Source of the DNA: Acidimicrobiia bacterium | GTDB lineage: Bacteria > Actinomycetota > Acidimicrobiia > IMCC26256 > JACDBD01 | Assembly (NCBI GenBank): GCA_051002235.1 | Contig: JBPCMN010000069.1 | Location: 670-64,669 of the forward strand | Direction: 5' to 3' | Length of the DNA: 64,000 nt | Part shown: positions 30,212-38,023 of the stretch, in pieces | How positions within the stretch are numbered: position 1 is the first letter of the stretch | Layout: each line of letters starts with the position of its first letter | Notes under the pieces: model-generated | What the model saw: the letters and a program-made list of their open reading frames with translations, nothing else | Database searches by the model: none | Told to the model about the DNA's origin: nothing | Program-made: the position numbers and the translations under genes

Positions 30212-32893
30212 GTGGACGACGTGCCGGCCCATGGCACGACGGTCCTGGTCGACCGCGATTTCGAGCTCCAGGTGCTTTCCGGTGCCGCCGCGGAGGTTGT
30301 CTCGGGTTGGCCTCGACTGGTCGTCGTCACCGGAGAGGCCGGCGCCGGCAAGACCCGGCTGTGGATCGAGTTCGTCGACACGCTTCCCGACGGCTGGTCG
30401 ACCGTCCAGACGTCGGTTCATGGGAGGTCCGGTTCATTTGCGCCGCCGTTCGATGATCTCGTCGGCGGGTTCGAGCCGTCGCTCGACGATCCTGCCGCCG
30501 CACTCGGCCGTGCGCTCGCCGATCGTCTTCGCAACGATGCTGCGCGTCAGCCGGTCGCGTTCTGTGTCGAGGATCTCCATGCTCTCGACCCCGTCGCCGC
30601 CGGCGCGCTGAGCGAGACACTGGATGCCCTGGACGGTGCCTGCGTTTTGCTGGTCGCCACGTCACGCGTCGGCAGCGGCGCCATCGGCGATGCACGTGCG
30701 CGCGCGATCGCGGCGGCGCTCGAGCATCCTGGAGCCACCGAGCTTCGGCTGGGGCCACTCAGCCGCCTGGGCGTGGCGGCGGTGCTGCAGGATCTCACCG
30801 GGCGCCAAGATCCCGGCCGCGTGGATGAGCTCTTGTGGCGCTCGGGCGGCAACCCGCTCTTCCTCGAGGAGCTCGCGATGACCCGTCGCGACGCCGTTCC
30901 GGCCACGGTCCACGAAGCTGTCCACGCGCGACTCGCCGAAGTGGACCGAAGCGCGGCCGACCTAGCCGAGCTCGTTGCCGTCGCGGACACGCCGGTTCCC
31001 GAATCGCTCCTCGGCGAGCTGGCTGACGGGACATCCCGAGCGCTCGCACAATTGCTCGACAACGGGATTGCGATTCGAGTCGGTCACGGCCAGATCGCCC
31101 TTCGGCACGCCGTCGTCGGAGAAGCCCTTGTCGCGGCGATGGCACCGCCTCACCGAGCGCTGCTCCACCGCCAGCTCGCACAGTTGTTGGAGCACAGCCC
31201 GGAAGTGAAGCCCGAAGACCTCGCCCGTCACTGGTCGGCGGCCGGCGAAAATGAGCGCGCCGCGCCTCATGCGCTCGCGGCCGCCGATCGCTGCCATCTG
31301 GTTGGTGCCCACGCGACCGCAAGCGAGTTCTTCGAGATCGGACTACGACACCCGCCGGGCGGTCATGTTGAGCTTCTCCGATATCTAGAGCGAGCGGCCG
31401 TGTCGGCCACCCTGGCCGGCGACGATGCCCGTGCCGCTACCTGTCTGGCCCAGGTCCGAGACTTGCGGGACGAGGACGACCGGGTCCGGTTGGCACATCC
31501 TTGGCTGAACCTCGCCGTCTTGCAGCTTGCCGACCGAGATCAGAGGCGGGCGTATCGAACAATAGCGGGTTCTCCCACGGATCTGCTCGCGACGGCCATG
31601 GGGGCGATCGAACGGGGGGAGTTCGACCGTGCGCGTCGGTTCGCGGCGAGGGCAGCTGATGCCGCATCCACCGCATCAGAGCTGACGTCGTGGGCCACGG
31701 CGGGACTGACGCTGTTCTATGCCGGCGACGTACGCGGTGCGCACACTGCGCTGGGGCGGCTCTCCGACATTGCTCTGGAGACCGGTGACATCTCCATAGC
31801 CGCTCGCGCGTTCGGTCACCGGGCGCGGGTCGGCTGGGGCGCGGGTGAGGTCGAGCTGGCAACGTCGCTCGCTCGCGAGGCGTTGTCGATAGCACTGCGC
31901 GAGCCGCACAGCGGAGTCTGGCCGCACATGCAAGTCGGTCTGATCTCGGCGCTGTCAGCGCGCGCCGACCTGGTCGAAGCGAAGTCGCTCGCTTCCGAGA
32001 TCGTTCGGCTCGAAGATCCGCTCTTGGCGACGATGGTCGAATTCCCGCTCGCGCTGATCGATCTCGAGGAAGGCGAACTCGACAGCGCGCGGTCACGACT
32101 CGAGCCGCTGGCGACGGTGGTCCGGGCCGTTGCCAACGACTACCTCACCGCGCCGGTGATCCTTGCCCTGGCTCGGCTCGAGCTGCTGTCGGACCGCCCG
32201 CGCGAGGGACTCGATCTTCTGGAGGAGGCACACGGGTTGATCCGCTCGCCCTTCCACGACTACGCGTGCGAGCTCCAACATCTGAGTGCGCGCGCCGCCG
32301 TGGCGTGTGGGGACGCGGCGCGGCTGGCCCGTGTGGATGCGGACGCCGCCATGCTCGCTCGTCACCTCAGGGGTCCCGACGTGCAAGCGACAGCGACGTC
32401 CGTCGCCGCCTGGGGAGCGCGGGCCGCCGGACGCCACGAGGAAGCGACGTCGAGGTTCGAGACGGCCGCGACGATTTGGGAGCATGCGCCCCGATGGGGT
32501 CGAGCCGCCGAAGCGTGGCTCGATGCGGCCGAGGCGGCGCGGACGGCCGGGCTCGACCATCGCACGGCTATCGACCGAGGAACGGCGCTCGCTGAGGAGC
32601 ACGGGCTGGGCTGGCAGTCGCGACGGGCGCGCGCGCTCTCGGCGGCGGCCAGCGCCGCGGTGGTGACACCGAGCGACGGCGTCGCCCGCCGGCTCACGCC
32701 GCGGGAGCGCGAGCTCTTGTGCCTGGTCGCGGCGGGGCGGACCAATCGCGAGATCGCCACTGCGCTCTTTCTCTCGCAGCACACGGTGCGCAACTATCTC
32801 GCAGCGTTGTTCGCCAAGCTCGGCGTCGCTCGCCGCGCCGAGGCGGCCGCGCTGGCGGCCCGCTCGCAACTGGCACCGGAACCTCGGGAATAG
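30212..32893 (+). CDS. large ATP-binding LuxR-family (LAL/MalT-like) transcriptional regulator
   Basis: N-terminal P-loop VVVTGEAGAGKTRLWIEF, a long helical/TPR-like middle, and a C-terminal LuxR HTH LTPRERELLCLVAAGRTNREIATALFLSQHTVRNYLAALFAKLGV. GTG 30212 chosen. The ORF-track start at 29816 overlaps the relaxase fragment. Confidence 0.8.
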   Translation: MDDVPAHGTTVLVDRDFELQVLSGAAAEVVSGWPRLVVVTGEAGAGKTRLWIEFVDTLPDGWSTVQTSVHGRSGSFAPPFDDLVGGFEPSLDDPAAALGRALADRLRNDAARQPVAFCVEDLHALDPVAAGALSETLDALDGACVLLVATSRVGSGAIGDARARAIAAALEHPGATELRLGPLSRLGVAAVLQDLTGRQDPGRVDELLWRSGGNPLFLEELAMTRRDAVPATVHEAVHARLAEVDRSAADLAELVAVADTPVPESLLGELADGTSRALAQLLDNGIAIRVGHGQIALRHAVVGEALVAAMAPPHRALLHRQLAQLLEHSPEVKPEDLARHWSAAGENERAAPHALAAADRCHLVGAHATASEFFEIGLRHPPGGHVELLRYLERAAVSATLAGDDARAATCLAQVRDLRDEDDRVRLAHPWLNLAVLQLADRDQRRAYRTIAGSPTDLLATAMGAIERGEFDRARRFAARAADAASTASELTSWATAGLTLFYAGDVRGAHTALGRLSDIALETGDISIAARAFGHRARVGWGAGEVELATSLAREALSIALREPHSGVWPHMQVGLISALSARADLVEAKSLASEIVRLEDPLLATMVEFPLALIDLEEGELDSARSRLEPLATVVRAVANDYLTAPVILALARLELLSDRPREGLDLLEEAHGLIRSPFHDYACELQHLSARAAVACGDAARLARVDADAAMLARHLRGPDVQATATSVAAWGARAAGRHEEATSRFETAATIWEHAPRWGRAAEAWLDAAEAARTAGLDHRTAIDRGTALAEEHGLGWQSRRARALSAAASAAVVTPSDGVARRLTPRERELLCLVAAGRTNREIATALFLSQHTVRNYLAALFAKLGVARRAEAAALAARSQLAPEPRE

Positions 32894-32908
32894 GTACGTC
32901 TGTACCTA
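32891..32908 (+). promoter_or_regulatory. 7-4-7 inverted repeat TAGGTAC-GTCT-GTACCTA between the LuxR gene and the first downstream gene
   Basis: Read directly from the sequence. It is relatively AT-rich for its context and lies 34 nt upstream of ATG 32942. Candidate operator or small hairpin; function is inferred only. Confidence 0.3.
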
Positions 32909-32941
32909 CCGCGGCGAGGGAGAAGCGGTGATGCTGGGTTC

Positions 32942-34762
32942 ATGGCCCAGACGCTGCCCGACGCGCTTGCCTCTGGGCTGCTCACGGGGCTCGTCACTCC
33001 CGTGCTCGACGGTGTGTTGCGTACCGCCCGCATCACACCTCGTCCGGACCCGACCGGGCTCGGTTTGGTCACGCTGGCCGTCGAGCCCGGCCAAACGGTC
33101 GCCGCCCTGACCCAGCGCGTCGACCTTCCGGCCCTCACGGAGGCGGGCGCGGACGCCCTCACGGCGGCCGGTCTTCCCGTCGACCTCGCCGCGCTCAATG
33201 TCCATGTCGACGTCCCCGAGGTCGCCGAGACGTTCGAGCTGAGCCGCCGACTCACCGGCGTCCTCGACGGCACGCTCGAGCTGCCGGCATCCGACGCAGT
33301 CACCGGCACGCTCGACGGCACGGTCGAACTGTCGGCGACCCAACCAGCCGTCGGGACCCTCGACGGCACGGTCCAACTCCCGGAGGTGGGCTCACTCACC
33401 GGGGCGCTCGACGGCACCGTCGAGATTCCGGGGAGCGATGCAGTTGCGGCCCCGCTGGGAGGCACGCTGGACCTCCCCGCCGTCGGCCCAACCACGGGCA
33501 CGCTCGATGGCGCGTTCGGTGCCGTCGATGATCTGAGCCTCGAGGTGCGCCAGCCGACGCAGGCGATCGATGTGTCAGGCTCGCCCGCTCGGCTCGAGCT
33601 GCCCGTGCGCAACTTGCCGCTCCAGACCCTGGCGGAACTCATCGGTGTCGAGCTCAGTTCCGTCTGGTCGGCCGAGCCCGCCGCGCTGTTGGGCCGGACG
33701 GCACAGGCCGCGACGCCCGCTCCGGACGTGCACGTTCCCGCGGTGCCACCGATTCGCGACGATCTTCCCGGCCTCAATCCTGATCGGCCGGCACCAGGCG
33801 ATACGATCGGTCCCCGGCCGGTCGGCGTGAGTGACGGAGCGCTCGTGCCGATCTCGCTCGCGCCCCTCGGCCTGGTGCCGGCCGACGGCCTGCCAGGCCT
33901 TCTGGCGTCATTCCTGCCCGTGCCGCCGGTGACGACGGCGCCGGCGGAGTGGCGCGCCACGGTCAAGGCCCGACTCGGTGTGGAGCGCATCACGGGCCAA
34001 GTCGCCGCCACGCCGATCGCTGACCTGATCGACGTCGCTCAGCTCCTTCCCGACGCTGTCGTGCAGCAGCTCTCGCTCGCGTTCCCAACCATTCCGGTGC
34101 CGCCGATCCTCGCTCTGTTCGTCGGCCGCCGCTATGGCAATCCGGTGCTCATCCTCACCCCGCTGGACATCATGGGCCACTCCCCCGACGCGCTCGTCGC
34201 CCATTGCTCGAGCGTGCTCCAGCAGATCGAGCGCGTCCTTCGGCTGATCCCACACAACCTGCTCGACGACCTCGCCGGTCCGGTCGCGCAGTACACGCGC
34301 GTGGCGACTGCGCTACGGGCCATCCTCCGAGTGCTCGGGGGACCGAACGTGCGGGTCTTGGTCTCGCGCCAGGAGCCGAACCTCAACCTGTTCGACCTCC
34401 AGCTCCGCCGGCTGAACGACACCGAAGCGGACAATGTGTTCTCGTCGTTCGCGTATTTCGGGTTACCCGGGACGAGTGTCGACCTGCACCTCAAGCAGGA
34501 GTTCAGCGGCGCACGCCTGAGGGTCGGGATCAGTGACGGGATGGCCACGGAGGGCCGCCTCGTCACCGCCCACCCGCTGCTCTCTGACGTGAAGCGAGCC
34601 AACCCAGCCGGGGGAGTGCTCGAGGTCGAGCCAGGCATCGGGCGGGACGATGTCGTCGAGTTCGGCTTCGGAAACCGAATCTCGTCGTTCCGCTTCAACG
34701 GCATCCTGGAGTCGCCGCTGGACCGAGAGGTCCAGAGATTGTCGGCGGCTCTCGGCATCTAG
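32942..34762 (+). CDS. hypothetical 606-aa protein with six 16-aa tandem repeats (consensus ..xxxxTGTLDGTVEL)
   Basis: Long ORF with third-position GC bias consistent with neighbouring genes. Repeats occupy aa ~101-194. No signal peptide and no recognisable family. Sits immediately upstream of the lipoprotein/YcaO genes. Confidence 0.6.
   Translation: MAQTLPDALASGLLTGLVTPVLDGVLRTARITPRPDPTGLGLVTLAVEPGQTVAALTQRVDLPALTEAGADALTAAGLPVDLAALNVHVDVPEVAETFELSRRLTGVLDGTLELPASDAVTGTLDGTVELSATQPAVGTLDGTVQLPEVGSLTGALDGTVEIPGSDAVAAPLGGTLDLPAVGPTTGTLDGAFGAVDDLSLEVRQPTQAIDVSGSPARLELPVRNLPLQTLAELIGVELSSVWSAEPAALLGRTAQAATPAPDVHVPAVPPIRDDLPGLNPDRPAPGDTIGPRPVGVSDGALVPISLAPLGLVPADGLPGLLASFLPVPPVTTAPAEWRATVKARLGVERITGQVAATPIADLIDVAQLLPDAVVQQLSLAFPTIPVPPILALFVGRRYGNPVLILTPLDIMGHSPDALVAHCSSVLQQIERVLRLIPHNLLDDLAGPVAQYTRVATALRAILRVLGGPNVRVLVSRQEPNLNLFDLQLRRLNDTEADNVFSSFAYFGLPGTSVDLHLKQEFSGARLRVGISDGMATEGRLVTAHPLLSDVKRANPAGGVLEVEPGIGRDDVVEFGFGNRISSFRFNGILESPLDREVQRLSAALGI
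33242..33523 (+). repeat. about six tandem 48-bp units encoding the TG(T/A)LDGT(V/L)(E/Q)L repeats
   Basis: SRRLTGVLDGTLEL / PASDAVTGTLDGTVEL / SATQPAVGTLDGTVQL / PEVGSLTGALDGTVEI / PGSDAVAAPLGGTLDL / PAVGPTTGTLDGAFGA. The DNA core ctcgacggcac(g/c)(c/g)tcga recurs every 48 nt. Confidence 0.85.
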
Positions 34763-34782
34763 CGCACAAAGAGGAGCACCCC

Positions 34783-35484
34783 ATGTCACCCGAGTACTGG
34801 CGAAGCCCAGACGGTCAAAAGGTCGCGGCGGGTACCGTCGCCTTGCTGGCGGTGTTCGGCCTCGCCGCCTGCGGAGGCGGCGACGGCGCGGACAAAACCG
34901 CGAAGGAACAAGGCACCGCAACCGCGTCCAGGGGCGAGATCGACCCCGTGGTGCAGGTCGACGAAGTCGTCCGAGAGTTCGCCGGCGCCGTCCCGGGAAC
35001 GAACATCTACGCCGCCCTCGTGACCACTGAAGCGGACGACGCCGACGGCACCGGCGGTGAGGACGCCTTCGTCTACCTCTGCGACGGCGCCGCAATCGCC
35101 CAGCGGTTCTTCCAGGTCGAGGGGAACAAGACGCGGTTCGAAAACTTCAACGGGGGAACGGTGAGCGTCAAGGTCGCCGACGGCCAGGCGACAATCACCG
35201 GAAAGCTCAACGACGGCACCCAAGTCGACTTCACGATCCCCGAGGTCGACCCGGACGGACAGCCGGGCCTGTACTTCGCAGGCGACCAGGAGCTCGGTGC
35301 CGAGCCCGGCGACTACGCGGGTTGGATCGTGCTCGCTGACGGCTCCCAGCGGGGCAACGCCGTCATCGGCGGCACCGTGCAGCAGGCCGGCACGCTCGAC
35401 CCGGGCTCGCTCACGGTCACGGGGTCGCCGCTCGTGCAGGTCCGACCGAAGCTGCAGGGCTTTTTCATCATAACCTTCCCTTGA
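34783..35484 (+). CDS. hypothetical lipoprotein
   Basis: GAGGAG RBS and a lipobox in ...GTVALLAVFGLAACGGGDGA (L-A-A-C). The mature part has no recognised family. Confidence 0.65.
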   Translation: MSPEYWRSPDGQKVAAGTVALLAVFGLAACGGGDGADKTAKEQGTATASRGEIDPVVQVDEVVREFAGAVPGTNIYAALVTTEADDADGTGGEDAFVYLCDGAAIAQRFFQVEGNKTRFENFNGGTVSVKVADGQATITGKLNDGTQVDFTIPEVDPDGQPGLYFAGDQELGAEPGDYAGWIVLADGSQRGNAVIGGTVQQAGTLDPGSLTVTGSPLVQVRPKLQGFFIITFP

Positions 35485-35542
35485 TTGTACAGGCGGTGCG
35501 TCTCTCGACGTCGTTGACGAGCTCGTCACCCACCGGCTCGTC

Positions 35543-38023
35543 ATGCGGGACGGTGCTCTGCTCGGAGCGCTCGCTCTTCCAGTCGTGACCGCGCGACAGG
35601 CATCACACCGACGCAACTTCCGCACGCGCGCGATGAACCCCTCGGAGGTCGCATGGGACCTCGATGACCGACTTGCGCCGACCAGTCGCTGGCGGGTTCC
35701 GGACAAGGTCCTGACGCGGGGCACGCACCGCACTCGATCTCTGGAGGAGACCCTGGCATTGATCCTCCCGCACCTCGAGCGGTTCGGGATCACCCGCGTC
35801 GCCGACATCACGGGACTCGACCACGTCGGCATTCCCGTCGTCCATGTCGTGCAACCGATCGCCAAGACGCTCTCGGTCGCCTCCGGCAAGGGGCTCGACC
35901 TGGACGCCGCGCGCGTCTCTGGAATCATGGAGGCAATCGAGGTCGCCTGCGTGGAGACCGCTCCCGAGGTCGTCGTGTGGGGGGCTGGTGAGGGCGTCGC
36001 TCGGGAAGCTGCCGTGCTGCACGCTTGGGGTCTCCCCGTGGCTGCGGGGAGTCGATACAGGCGCGACGTCGACATTCCCTGGGTCCTCGGCACCGACCTT
36101 GCCTCCGGCGATCCCCTGTACGTCCCCGCCGAAGCGGTGCATCTCGACTTCGTCGTGTCGAAGCGCTCTGTCGGCTCCTCCTCCCCGTTTCGGCAGACGA
36201 CGAACGGCCTGGCATCCGGCAATACCCTCGACGAGGCGCTCCTCCATGGACTCTGTGAGCTGGTGGAGCGCGACTGTGGGGGCCGCGCTCAGCGACTCGC
36301 AGGGCACAGGGACCGCCGGCGGCGCCTCGATCTCGAGTCGGTGCACGATGACGCCGCGGCCGGCCTGCTCTCTCGATTGCAGGACGCCCGAATGGCGGTT
36401 GTCGTCTGGGACATCACCGGACCGTCCGGCCTTCCCTGCTTCAGCTGCAAGATCGCCGACCCGAACGACGTGCCGGGGCGCTTCCAGTTTCCCGTCGCCG
36501 AGGGAGAGGGATGCCATCCCGACCGCTCCGTCGCGCTGTGTCGGGCGCTCACGGAAGCGGCCCAGAGCCGGGCCGCCGCGATCTCGGGCGCGCGCGAAGA
36601 CACCGAGGCCATCCGTTCGGGTCGGCCGGATACCCCTGGCCTGTACGAGAGCGTTCTTCGAGCGGCGCGAGAGGGTGGACGCCGTGACTATCGGTCGATC
36701 ACGAGCGTCAGCTCGGGCTCAGTGGGGGAGGACCTCATGCTCGCAGTGCAACGGGTCCAGAGCAGTGGCGTTTCCCAGCTCGCCTTCGTCGATCTCTCAC
36801 CACCCGATGTCCCCATCAGCGTGGCGCGAGTGCTCGCTCCCGGCCTCCTGCTCGCCGGCCACCGCCGGCGCACGAGCCGGACGCGCACCGGTGGGGTGAA
36901 CGCGCGCCCAAGAGGCGGGCGGGCCCGGCCGCCCGTCGTCTTCCTCGGGCCCACGCTTCCGCGCGAGGAGGCGCGCCAGATCCTGGCTGCCGACTACCGG
37001 CCGCCGGTGCAAGCGGGCGACGTGCTGTACGCGCTCGAAGAAGGCCCACCGCCGGCGATCGGCATCATCGATGGACGCCTCGGCGATGTGCCGTCGGTCT
37101 GGCACAAGGAGATCCTCCTCGCGCTCGAGCACGGTGTTCCGGTGCTGGGGGCCGCCAGCATGGGTGCGTTGCGGGCGGCCGAGTTGCACACCCTCGGAAT
37201 GATCGGCATCGGCCGGATCTTCGAGCTGTACCGGGACGGAACGCTCACCAGCGACGACGAGGTCACGGTGACTCACGCCGACTCCGAGCACGGTTTCGCT
37301 CCGCGCTCGGAGGCATTGGTGGACATGCGCGACGACTGCGAGTCAGCGGTGGAGCACGGCGTCATCCCAGCCTCGAGCGCCGAGCTGTTCCTGGAATGCG
37401 CGAAAGGCCTCTACTTCCCCGACCGAACATGGCCCCTCGTGCTTCGCCTCGGGAGAGAAGCAGGAGTCTGCGTCGAGGCTCTCCAGGCGATGGCCACCTT
37501 CACCGCCGGCCGCGGCCCGGGCCTCAAACAGCGCGACGCCGTCACACTGCTGCGGCGGCTCGCACGGGGCGACTTCGAAGCGCCGGGTACCGCGACCTCG
37601 GTGCCGCGGACCGCGTACCTCGAGCGCGCGCGCCACGAAGCCCGGCTCTCAATCGCCGCCGCGCGTCATCCGAGCGGCACAGCGCGAGAGGAAGTCCTCG
37701 ACGCCGCCGAAGAGCAGGCGCTCCTTCGCGTGCTCGCCCGACGCGTCGCCGCCAACCTCGACCTGCAACCGACCGCCTACGATCTCGCGCTCGCCCGGCG
37801 CCAGTTGCTCGCTGAACATGCAATCGACGGAGCCGAGCGTGCCACCGGCCGAGCGCAGCCTGGCGTCTGCGCAGAGGTCGTCGAGGAACTGGTCCGCGAT
37901 GCGGCGCTGCTCGCCCTCCTCCGCACGCGTCTCGAGCTCGAGATCGCGGCCGTCCTTCCTGACGAGCTCGGCCTCGGGGCCGACCCGACGGCGGTCCGAG
38001 GCTGCCGAACGGCGGAAGCATGA
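35543..38023 (+). CDS. YcaO-domain protein fused to a TfuA-like domain (826 aa)
   Basis: The YcaO region shows RTRSLEETLALILPHLERFGITRVADITGLDHVGIPVVHVVQP, SGKGLDLDAARVSGIMEAIE and TNGLASGNTLDEALLHGLCELVERD. A basic linker follows, then the TfuA region with VVFLGPTLPREEARQILAADYRPPVQAGDVLYAL, AIGIIDGRLGDVPSVWHKEILLALEHGVPVLGAASMGALRAAEL and DDEVTVTHA, plus a ~180-aa helical C-terminal extension. It is a single uninterrupted ORF. Confidence 0.85.
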   Translation: MRDGALLGALALPVVTARQASHRRNFRTRAMNPSEVAWDLDDRLAPTSRWRVPDKVLTRGTHRTRSLEETLALILPHLERFGITRVADITGLDHVGIPVVHVVQPIAKTLSVASGKGLDLDAARVSGIMEAIEVACVETAPEVVVWGAGEGVAREAAVLHAWGLPVAAGSRYRRDVDIPWVLGTDLASGDPLYVPAEAVHLDFVVSKRSVGSSSPFRQTTNGLASGNTLDEALLHGLCELVERDCGGRAQRLAGHRDRRRRLDLESVHDDAAAGLLSRLQDARMAVVVWDITGPSGLPCFSCKIADPNDVPGRFQFPVAEGEGCHPDRSVALCRALTEAAQSRAAAISGAREDTEAIRSGRPDTPGLYESVLRAAREGGRRDYRSITSVSSGSVGEDLMLAVQRVQSSGVSQLAFVDLSPPDVPISVARVLAPGLLLAGHRRRTSRTRTGGVNARPRGGRARPPVVFLGPTLPREEARQILAADYRPPVQAGDVLYALEEGPPPAIGIIDGRLGDVPSVWHKEILLALEHGVPVLGAASMGALRAAELHTLGMIGIGRIFELYRDGTLTSDDEVTVTHADSEHGFAPRSEALVDMRDDCESAVEHGVIPASSAELFLECAKGLYFPDRTWPLVLRLGREAGVCVEALQAMATFTAGRGPGLKQRDAVTLLRRLARGDFEAPGTATSVPRTAYLERARHEARLSIAAARHPSGTAREEVLDAAEEQALLRVLARRVAANLDLQPTAYDLALARRQLLAEHAIDGAERATGRAQPGVCAEVVEELVRDAALLALLRTRLELEIAAVLPDELGLGADPTAVRGCRTAEA

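Noticed and set aside
32928-33110. 60-aa Cys/Ser/Pro-rich ORF (MMLGSWPRRCPTRLPLGCSRGSSLPCSTVCC...) with a GGGAGA-like RBS just upstream of the repeat-protein gene. It is tempting as a RiPP precursor.
   Set aside because: It lies entirely out of frame within the 606-aa ORF, whose frame shows the coding-like codon bias. Its Arg/Pro/Ser composition is what an off-frame read of GC-rich coding DNA yields. It is kept only as something a precursor-finding tool should score, not as a feature.
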